Part shown: positions 1 to 6,512 of the stretch, one piece after another
How the letters are laid out: each line of letters starts with the position of its first letter
Position numbering within the stretch: the stretch's first letter is position 1
Source of the DNA: a virus
Taxonomy: Duplodnaviria; Caudoviricetes
DNA: 62,494 nucleotides
Virus record (IMG/VR): IMGVR_UViG_3300009151_000076
Location: 1 to 62,494 of that record
Direction: 5' to 3' (one strand)
Notes under the pieces: model-generated
Databases searched by the model: none
What the model was told of the DNA's origin: nothing
Seen by the model: only the letters and a program-made list of their open reading frames with translations
Translations under genes and position numbers: made by a program

Positions 1-162
1 CATGATTATGAACATCCAGATCAAACTTTTCATAAACTTTCATCATTTAGAGAACCATCAGGTTCTTATGATATGAATAAACCAAGAGAACAATTGGGTG
101 GTAAAACATTAAATCATTATTTTGTGAAGCCTGATGGAACACATAATTTTAATCAATCGTAA
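1..162 (+). CDS. 3' end of a hypothetical protein (5'-truncated by window)
   Basis: Frame +1 is open from base 1 (HDYEHPDQTFHKLSSFREPSGSYDMNKPREQLGGKTLNHYFVKPDGTHNFNQS) to TAA at 160-162. It converges on the minus-strand RNA region. Confidence 0.5.
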   Translation, partial: HDYEHPDQTFHKLSSFREPSGSYDMNKPREQLGGKTLNHYFVKPDGTHNFNQS

Positions 163-171
163 GATATAAAT

Positions 172-271
172 TGGTGATAGTTTTTCTTGTGTCAGGAAAA
201 CTACCAAACCCCGCATACGCAGCCCATCCCACTTTTCGCGTATGGCGGAGGCAGCTATCTGTGGGTCTGCC
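172..271 (-). ncRNA. Structured RNA, copy 1 (pseudoknotted, 3'-terminal CCA)
   Basis: Minus strand: GGCAG..CTGCC stem, CCGC-CATACGC..GCGTATG-CGG stem, CCCAC/GTGGG loop-loop complementarity, then a GGTAGTTTT..AAAACTATC hairpin followed by ACCA. A close copy at 597-704 shows compensatory changes. Confidence 0.75.
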
Positions 272-552
272 TATTTGGTCAGCGTGGATGGATTTGAGCT
301 TGGAGGATTAAAATAATTTTTAATTGCATTAGCAGCTTGTTTTCCATATTTAGCACCATAAATGGCCCCTGCACCAGTAGCTAATGGCTCAGTCACAGGA
401 GCGGCTGGTCCACCTAGTGAACCTACAGCAGCACCTAAAGCAGCACCTGCAGCCCCACCCACTACTTTACCGGCTGTTGTGACGACATCATCGTCATCAT
501 CATCTTCATCAACTATTTTTTTTGTTTTAGCAAATTGTTTAAAACTTTTCAT
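271..552 (-). CDS. Small late protein with MKSFKQF N-terminus, acidic tract and glycine zipper; candidate internal head protein
   Basis: GGAG RBS before ATG at 552 and TATAAATA late promoter at 574-581. GxxxG repeats (GKVVGGAAGAALGAAVGSLGG). The N-terminus resembles the capsid-targeting leader of T4 internal proteins. Confidence 0.6.
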   Translation of the reverse strand: MKSFKQFAKTKKIVDEDDDDDDVVTTAGKVVGGAAGAALGAAVGSLGGPAAPVTEPLATGAGAIYGAKYGKQAANAIKNYFNPPSSNPSTLTK

Positions 553-573
553 GTTGATCTCCATGTTTCAGTT

Positions 574-581
574 TATTTATA
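574..581 (-). promoter_or_regulatory. T4-type late promoter TATAAATA
   Basis: Exact gp55 consensus upstream of ORF 271-552. Confidence 0.7.
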
Positions 582-596
582 AAACTAAAACTTGAT

Positions 597-704
597 TAGT
601 GATAGTTTTTCTTGTGTCAGGAAAACTACCAAACCCCGCAGCGGCAGCCCATCCCACGTTTCGCCCTGGCGGTGGCGGGTACAATTTCCACTAGTGGGCC
701 CGCC
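597..704 (-). ncRNA. Structured RNA, copy 2 (imperfect direct repeat of 172-271)
   Basis: Shares GTGGGATGGGCTGC and GCGGGGTTTGGTAGTTTTCCTGACACAAGAAAAACTATCAC with copy 1. Stems GGCGGG..CCCGCC and CAGGGC..GCCGCTG replace the copy 1 stems. Ends in CTA rather than CCA. Confidence 0.75.
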
Positions 705-716
705 ATATGTATTTAT

Positions 717-792
717 TGGTCCGGGCGGTAGGATTCAAACCTGCGACAAAGAGATTAAGAGTCTCCTGCTCTACCAACTGAGCTAAGTGTCC
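717..792 (-). tRNA. tRNA-Lys(CTT)-like, chimeric or pseudo (acceptor stem does not pair)
   Basis: 76 nt: D arm GCTC-AGTTGGTA-GAGC, anticodon arm GGAGA-CTCTTAA-TCTCT, T loop TTTGAAT, encoded CCA. The 5' GGACACT cannot pair with the 3' CGCCCGG. Confidence 0.65.
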
Positions 793-793
793 A

Positions 794-1150
794 TTATAGT
801 AAATTCTGAACTAGTACCATAAAACTTATCCAAGCCCATAAAGTATTAAATGCTACTAGTGTAGGCAATAACTTTTTATTACTTGCCCAAATTAGTGTCA
901 AACTTGTTATTAGTGTAAAGAAATAAAGCCACCATAGTTGGATATTAAAAATCAAACCAGGTACAATGATGATTGCTTTAGTAAACCAACTAGCAAATTC
1001 TACAATGTTATAGTCTGTCCAGTATTCTTTAGTAAACCACATCTTGTAAGAGGATTTAATATTCTCTATACCAACACGTTTATATACTAATATAGTGCAA
1101 ACAAGCCATATAGTAGTTGCAATTAATATCTTATCTAATGTCATTGGCAC
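794..1150 (-). CDS. Small integral membrane protein, hypothetical
   Basis: 118 aa with several hydrophobic, Trp-rich segments. AT-rich, located between two tRNA genes. Confidence 0.7.
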   Translation of the reverse strand: MPMTLDKILIATTIWLVCTILVYKRVGIENIKSSYKMWFTKEYWTDYNIVEFASWFTKAIIIVPGLIFNIQLWWLYFFTLITSLTLIWASNKKLLPTLVAFNTLWAWISFMVLVQNLL

Positions 1151-1160
1151 CTCTATATTT

Positions 1161-1248
1161 TGGTGGGGAGGGTTGGATTCGAACCAACTGCGTATCTATG
1201 TGCCGGATTTACAGTCCGGTGCCCATCCGCCATCTGAGCAGCCACCCC
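1161..1248 (-). tRNA. tRNA-Tyr(GTA)
   Basis: Anticodon arm CCGGA-CTGTAAA-TCCGG, long variable region, T arm GTTGG-TTCGAAT-CCAAC, acceptor GGGGTGG/CCTCCCC (one T.T mismatch), ACCA end. Confidence 0.85.
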
Positions 1249-1299
1249 AAAAATTCACCGTCCAAATTCAAATTATATCTTCAAAGATACTACATAAAA

Positions 1300-1467
1300 T
1301 CGAATTTCGGAGTCGGGTGCTTCCCTTCCTCAGCCATTGATCAGGTTGTATTAGGATGGCAAGATGGCCCTATCATCCATTAGTGCATGCGTCCATGCAC
1401 GGTACCCTGTGTAGTATCCATGAAGAGACAACCGAAGTTGTCTCGTCGTAGTTAGATTGTCAAACAG
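1300..1467 (-). ncRNA. Candidate structured RNA upstream of tRNA-Tyr
   Basis: No credible ORF, and GC-richer than its flanks. Hairpins GAGACAAC-TTCG-GTTGTCTC, GTGCATG-GACG-CATGCAC and GGATG..CATCC. It lies directly after a TATAAATA promoter. Confidence 0.5.
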
Positions 1468-1472
1468 CCATT

Positions 1473-1480
1473 TATTTATA
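1473..1480 (-). promoter_or_regulatory. T4-type late promoter TATAAATA
   Basis: Exact consensus pointing into the RNA/tRNA cluster. Confidence 0.65.
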
Positions 1481-1487
1481 TTAGAAT

Positions 1488-1661
1488 TCAGAGAATGTCT
1501 ACAACACGACCATTTTGATCTACTGCACGAATACGATATTCTGGAAAGTTACGCTGCAGTGATTGCATCTCAGATAGAATACGCTGAGAGTTATTCTCAG
1601 TGGTGTGATAAGTACGCCACACACCAGATTTGTCTTGAGCTTGAATGTCTACCGAGTTCAT
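1488..1661 (-). CDS. Hypothetical protein
   Basis: GGAG RBS before ATG at 1661; follows the upstream ORF directly. Confidence 0.65.
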   Translation of the reverse strand: MNSVDIQAQDKSGVWRTYHTTENNSQRILSEMQSLQRNFPEYRIRAVDQNGRVVDIL

Positions 1662-1672
1662 CTTACTCTCCA

Positions 1673-2074
1673 TTAACCACGACGACTTTGTGAACCAAGA
1701 TTACTTGTATCTGAATCCGGACTAAAATACATAACCGGACCTTTATTATAAGCCACAGTAGTTCGCGATGCTTTTTCTAAGATAGCTTTTTGAACCTCGG
1801 GTGACTCTTTATGGAGGTTCTCCATGATACCATGGCGATACCCATTGCCGACAGTATTAGATAACATCGACATGTCGGTCTTATACTCGGGTATCTGATC
1901 TCGCCACTCACCACGAAAAGCTCTTTGAAGATCGCGCTGACTTTTATGAAGTCCTCGATCTTTAAGCCACTGCTCGTGCTTGGCGTTTGATGCGGCCAAC
2001 TTCTTAGACTTTGATGGCTTGTGCTTTGTCTTGCCATTCGTAGTAAGGTACGGTCCAACCAGATGCATGCTCAT
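1673..2074 (-). CDS. Hypothetical basic phage protein (C-terminal AYNKGP motif)
   Basis: 133 aa, GAGG RBS, downstream of a sigma70-like promoter. Confidence 0.7.
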   Translation of the reverse strand: MSMHLVGPYLTTNGKTKHKPSKSKKLAASNAKHEQWLKDRGLHKSQRDLQRAFRGEWRDQIPEYKTDMSMLSNTVGNGYRHGIMENLHKESPEVQKAILEKASRTTVAYNKGPVMYFSPDSDTSNLGSQSRRG

Positions 2075-2099
2075 ATTTTTGATTCCTCGCTATAATATT

Positions 2100-2128
2100 A
2101 ATATATACCAAGTTAAAAAATATGTCAA
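2100..2128 (-). promoter_or_regulatory. Sigma70-like early promoter TTGACA-N17-TATATT
   Basis: Perfect -35 and 17-nt spacer in an AT-rich intergenic gap. Confidence 0.6.
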
Positions 2129-2133
2129 CTAAA

Positions 2134-2352
2134 TTATAATCTATCTATAGACCTGTTCTTAAACATTTTCTTGACGGTGTCTCTTATAACGTCGTCGAGT
2201 AATTTTTTGATCTCTTCTTTGGCGGGGTTATATCGATATTCTCTTATATTCATAACAGTCTTATAATTACAGTTATACTCTTCTGTATTCATCTCTTGGC
2301 GAGCATCGATCATCTTTTCTAAAGATATAATTAAGTTATCAATATTGTCCAT
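2134..2352 (-). CDS. Hypothetical protein
   Basis: 72-aa ORF overlapping the upstream gene end, helical/charged. Confidence 0.6.
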   Translation of the reverse strand: MDNIDNLIISLEKMIDARQEMNTEEYNCNYKTVMNIREYRYNPAKEEIKKLLDDVIRDTVKKMFKNRSIDRL

Positions 2353-2680
2353 CTTCTATAGCCCTCACGTCATCTACTATAACATACTTGAAATCTTTGT
2401 CAAGCTTATTGCTATAAGCGTCCATTAGTACTCTGATATCATATAGCTTCTTTGCAACTTTTCTAATTGTATTCCTACAGGCCTCGTCGTTGTGACCCTC
2501 TTCTAGGTCGACGAGCGCCGCCTCTAAGTTCTGATCTACAGAGTAGTCGACTAGGTATTTGATACCGTCCATGTCGCCCTCCTCCATCGGAGGGAACAAG
2601 AGGTTCTTAACTTTTTCTAGCTGTACCTCTGCTTCAGTCTTAGGCTTTTTTTGAAAGAACTTAATCATCATATTAAACAT
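2339..2680 (-). CDS. Hypothetical protein
   Basis: 113-aa ORF directly after regA. Confidence 0.65.
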   Translation of the reverse strand: MFNMMIKFFQKKPKTEAEVQLEKVKNLLFPPMEEGDMDGIKYLVDYSVDQNLEAALVDLEEGHNDEACRNTIRKVAKKLYDIRVLMDAYSNKLDKDFKYVIVDDVRAIEDGQY

Positions 2681-2695
2681 AATATAGAATCCTAG

Positions 2696-3094
2696 TTAGG
2701 TCTTCTTGCGACCTATGTTGTACTTTGTCACCAACTCCCACTCGTTCTTCTCTTTGTACGGAAGTATCTTTATCTGGCTCAGCGAGGTCTTAGGCTCATT
2801 ACACATGTCCGTATCAACTATCTTTATTAGATCCCACTCTGCCAACAGATGTACTATCGTATTACGCCGTCCGATGTCCTCTTCACTGGTATTTGTTGGC
2901 TTTCCGTCCAAGGCAAATAGCTCTTTGAAGTGAACTATGTAGTACTTTCCCTGCTTGTGGAGGATGTGACAAGACTGATACAGCTTCTTCTCTTTACGAG
3001 AAGCCACGCCAATTCGAGTAAGCGTCTCCTTGATCTTTAAGAAGTCCTCTTCTTCGCCGATCTTCACTTCCACAAGTGTTTCGAGTATTGACAT
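2696..3094 (-). CDS. regA: Translational repressor RegA
   Basis: DFLKIKETLTRIGVAS..LYQSCHILHKQGKYYIVHFKELFALDG signature; follows gp62. Confidence 0.97.
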   Translation of the reverse strand: MSILETLVEVKIGEEEDFLKIKETLTRIGVASRKEKKLYQSCHILHKQGKYYIVHFKELFALDGKPTNTSEEDIGRRNTIVHLLAEWDLIKIVDTDMCNEPKTSLSQIKILPYKEKNEWELVTKYNIGRKKT

Positions 3095-3136
3095 AGTAAC
3101 CTCATTATTATTGTTATTATGTCAATATTTATTCTT

Positions 3137-3511
3137 TTAGAACTCTTTAGAGACCTGAAGCTCTTTCTTGATCCTCTTTAGTTGATCCTCGGACAAGATG
3201 GCCAGTGCTGACTTGGCCTTATCCCTACTGTAGCTAAAGAACTCTCTAACGGCCTCTATGTCGTCATCTTTGTCTTTTTTTGCCCACTTAGAGAACCGTT
3301 TACCCTTTCTAATTGACTTTAAAAAGTAGTCATATTGAAGCTTATTATCTAAGTTACTGCGTACGTTCATCTCTTGGGCGTATAGTAGTGTTTCTGGAAA
3401 GTATGAGAGTGCCTTATTTATTAGCCACGGCTTATATTCTTTCTGGTTGTCCTCGGTGATTATACCCTTCTTATCGAAGTTGATATCGTTGACGATGTCA
3501 AATGGGTTCAT
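3137..3511 (-). CDS. gp62: Clamp loader small subunit
   Basis: Y.PWLINKALS..YDYFL..IRKGKRFSKW; position between gp44 and regA. Confidence 0.93.
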   Translation of the reverse strand: MNPFDIVNDINFDKKGIITEDNQKEYKPWLINKALSYFPETLLYAQEMNVRSNLDNKLQYDYFLKSIRKGKRFSKWAKKDKDDDIEAVREFFSYSRDKAKSALAILSEDQLKRIKKELQVSKEF

Positions 3512-4449
3512 TTCTTAAACTCACACTCCATCATTATCTCTGTAAGACAGGCCATCAGGTTGATCTCGGGATCAGCCGCGAACGCTGCCTGATACTGATA
3601 CTTACCGATGATGATTACTGCAGGCGGAACGCCGCGCGGTGTTAAGAAGTTGACGGCTGTATCATAGATCTTTCTAAAGACAGTACCTTGGTCGTTGTCG
3701 ATGTTCTCGCCTACCCACTTACGAATTGCAGTAAAGTTCTTGTCGGCCAGCAAGCTAACAAGCTCGTCGAGTGTGGCCTGTCCAAAGTTCTGAAGCAGTC
3801 CAGAGTCAATAGCGCCTGTAGCAGAGTAGCGCTGTAGCTCGTTTAGTACACGACGCCAGTCAGGGAAGTGCTTCTTGATGACCTCGGCAACGACCGCCTT
3901 ATCGAAGGTAACGTTCTCGGTCGTTAGGATATTCTCTACACGCTTGAAGAACTGACCGGCTAACTTAGCCATGTCAGACTTACTGATCTTAAAGTCTACA
4001 ACGGAACACCGAGAGTGAAGCGGTTCAATGATCCTGTTTTTGAAATTACACGTGAGGATAAAGCCACAGTTCCTTGAGAACTCTTCCATGAAGTTACGTA
4101 GAGCAGGCTGAGTCGAGTTTGCATTGAGATAGTCAGCCTCGTCGAGGATGACATACTTTCTGCCTCCGCTAAGTGATACAGAGGACGCGAAGTTGAGGAT
4201 GTCATTTCTGAGTGTGTCGATGTTGCCATTCATAGATCCGTTAATAATAATGTAGTCACAGCCTAGTTGCTCGAGCATAGCCCGAGCAACCGTTGTCTTG
4301 CCGACGCCAGCACTACCAGCAAGAATGAGGTTAGGGATATTACCCTGATCCACAAACTGCTGGAAAGTAGCCTTAAGTTCGGCCGGAAGGATAGTATCGG
4401 CGATAGTCTTAGGGCGATATTTCTCGACCCATAGAAAATCTTCTCTCAT
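3508..4449 (-). CDS. gp44: Clamp loader AAA+ ATPase subunit
   Basis: LWVEKYRP, Walker A GSAGVGKTT, Walker B ILDEAD, SRC motif. Confidence 0.97.
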   Translation of the reverse strand: MREDFLWVEKYRPKTIADTILPAELKATFQQFVDQGNIPNLILAGSAGVGKTTVARAMLEQLGCDYIIINGSMNGNIDTLRNDILNFASSVSLSGGRKYVILDEADYLNANSTQPALRNFMEEFSRNCGFILTCNFKNRIIEPLHSRCSVVDFKISKSDMAKLAGQFFKRVENILTTENVTFDKAVVAEVIKKHFPDWRRVLNELQRYSATGAIDSGLLQNFGQATLDELVSLLADKNFTAIRKWVGENIDNDQGTVFRKIYDTAVNFLTPRGVPPAVIIIGKYQYQAAFAADPEINLMACLTEIMMECEFKK

Positions 4450-4461
4450 CTAAAATTCCTA

Positions 4462-5145
4462 TCAGTTAAATGTTGATGATGATTCGTTAGCAATCCAATA
4501 CTCAAGCTCTGGGGCCTTAAAGTGAGCAAACCCCTTCGTAGAGAGGTCGACCTTGTACTCATTAGTGATCGTCTTAGACAGAACGCCAAAGTACTCTGGC
4601 TTAAACACTGCGTTAAAGGTACGATCTGTTGTACCGAGCGATACGCTATAAGTATCACCTAATGCGTTCGACATGTCAACTGCCTTGATCGTGAGGTTAG
4701 TGCCGTCACCGCTGACTGAGATCTCAGACAGGTTAAGAATACCTAGAGCGCGTTCGATCTCTTTAATGATCTCTACACTAAGGGTAAACTTAATCTCTCC
4801 CTCTGGAAAGTTAGGGTCTTTTGTAATAGGCATAGGGATCGTCGACTCTTCAGCGATAGTGTAGTTAGCGTTCTTATTATTAGAACTATCTTGAATAGTA
4901 ATAAAACGATCGTGTACGCTGATAGTTGGTTCGTTAAATAGCGACATAGTATTCAAGAAGCGACTTAGACTATAGACTGCAAACCTCTTGGTAAAGTTAA
5001 CAGGAACCTTAGCAGTAGCAAAGATGTTCTTGAGTGGAGACACCGTAGTGATGGTGTCTCCCTCTTTGAACAACATGGACGGATTGATTAAAGAAAAACT
5101 CTTTAGTACATTAACCGTCTTCGTATCAAACTTCACGTTATCCAT
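4462..5145 (-). CDS. gp45: Sliding clamp
   Basis: LKSFSLINPSM N-terminus, YWIANE C-terminus, 227 aa, directly upstream of gp44. Confidence 0.92.
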   Translation of the reverse strand: MDNVKFDTKTVNVLKSFSLINPSMLFKEGDTITTVSPLKNIFATAKVPVNFTKRFAVYSLSRFLNTMSLFNEPTISVHDRFITIQDSSNNKNANYTIAEESTIPMPITKDPNFPEGEIKFTLSVEIIKEIERALGILNLSEISVSGDGTNLTIKAVDMSNALGDTYSVSLGTTDRTFNAVFKPEYFGVLSKTITNEYKVDLSTKGFAHFKAPELEYWIANESSSTFN

Positions 5146-5160
5146 AATATATTGTACTCC

Positions 5161-6012
5161 TTACTTCTTTTTCTTCTTCAAGGCTTCAGGATCGGCCGTA
5201 GCAGAGGCCCCGATCTGTGCTAGATCGGCGAGCGATCCACCAAAGATATACGAGCCAACGTGCTGTAGCTTCATCCATGGGCAGAACCACGTCGCGAGTC
5301 CGATCTCTTGAACCTTCTGACAGAACCAGTAGTCCTCAGAGAGATAGCGCTTCGACTTAGGATCGATCTCAGCTTGGAAGAACTGCATGATCTCGCGCGA
5401 GCCGTCAAACGCCTCTGTGCGAACGTGGTCAGGGCGATAGCTGTACTGGGGATAAGCCTCGACAAACTTCTTACAAGAGTCCTTAGTGATCATCATAAAG
5501 CCGGTACCGATCTCAAGGACCTCACATGGCTCGCCGATGGCGATCGAGCCGGTATTCTGCTTAGGGTTGAACACGTAGTCGCCGACGTACTTGTCGAGGT
5601 TGCCTGGATCCTCGTCTGCAAGACCCTTATCAACCGCGAGCTTGATCTTCTCCCAGCTGATGCACTTCTTAGGGTACGGCCCGCCGATGATATTGTACTT
5701 GTCTGGCTCTTGCGCCTGAAGCGCCATGAGTGCAATGACGTCGTGTGGGTTGAACCCGATGTCCGAGTCGATGAACATAAGGTGCTCTGCCTCAGAGCGC
5801 ATGAACTCATCGACGCAGTAGTTACGCGCGCGAGTGATCAGCGACTCGTTGAAGAGGAAGTAGAGTTGAAGTGGGATACCATAGTTTGTGCAGAGCGCCG
5901 AGAGGTCGGCGATCGACTTCGTAAACATACCTGCACAGGCGCCCCCGTACATAGGTGTGGCGAGGAACAGCTTACGCTTACGAAGGTCCTCGATCGGAAT
6001 ATTAATTTCCAT
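5161..6012 (-). CDS. GT-A-fold glycosyltransferase-like protein
   Basis: LFLATPMYGG, ESLITRARN, DxD motif FIDSDI, GTGFM, YLSEDYWFC, H near the C-terminus. Confidence 0.7.
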   Translation of the reverse strand: MEINIPIEDLRKRKLFLATPMYGGACAGMFTKSIADLSALCTNYGIPLQLYFLFNESLITRARNYCVDEFMRSEAEHLMFIDSDIGFNPHDVIALMALQAQEPDKYNIIGGPYPKKCISWEKIKLAVDKGLADEDPGNLDKYVGDYVFNPKQNTGSIAIGEPCEVLEIGTGFMMITKDSCKKFVEAYPQYSYRPDHVRTEAFDGSREIMQFFQAEIDPKSKRYLSEDYWFCQKVQEIGLATWFCPWMKLQHVGSYIFGGSLADLAQIGASATADPEALKKKKK

Positions 6013-6512
6013 TATTTAGTCTCCTTGTCATGTACATGCAATTGTATAATAGCATAGTGAATCACTTTCATTAGATCTTTTCTCCAGTCGGCAGGAGAAC
6101 CCTTCTTACCATAACGCTGGGCATACTTCATGACGTTGCCCATACAGAAGCCTGTACCGTGGCCAGAATCAATAATAAACTCTGTGGCTTGAAACTTATT
6201 CTGCGAGTAATGCTCGCCGTACGTATTATTAATATACGCTAAAACCTCGCTGATGTACATACTTTCATTGTACTTATATTCAATATTTTTAGATGCGTCT
6301 ACCTTTGTTATATTAAAAGCCATGTTGATATCTGTCTCTACGTATCCTTCTTTAGGTCCAGTAGAATACATATTAGGCCCTGTAGGTCCGTTAGCACCTA
6401 CAGATCCAAACATCGGCATGTCAAGCGTATTAATATCATCGGCCGTTAGCGCACCTATAGCACCATCTTTAAAATAATCCATCCCACCCTCCATATTAAA
6501 AGAAACTCTCAA
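6012..6512 (-). CDS. DUF3310 / T7 gp1.7-like protein (putative nucleotide kinase) with N-terminal extension
   Basis: HY..Q..EFI..GFCMGNVMKYAQRYGKK..DLMKVIHY motif. Confidence 0.7.
   Translation of the reverse strand: MRVSFNMEGGMDYFKDGAIGALTADDINTLDMPMFGSVGANGPTGPNMYSTGPKEGYVETDINMAFNITKVDASKNIEYKYNESMYISEVLAYINNTYGEHYSQNKFQATEFIIDSGHGTGFCMGNVMKYAQRYGKKGSPADWRKDLMKVIHYAIIQLHVHDKETK

Noticed and set aside
172-704. CRISPR array or insertion-sequence ends
   Set aside because: Only two ~100-nt direct copies, with a gene between them. No spacers of CRISPR size, no cas gene and no transposase.
1300-1340. Possible hammerhead ribozyme (CTGAGGA...GAAA on the minus strand)
   Set aside because: Stem II cannot close (A opposite C), the GGA would pair with TCC, and I found no convincing stems I and III.
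5308-6057. 249-aa plus-strand ORF
   Set aside because: Antisense to the GT-A gene; same codon-bias artefact.
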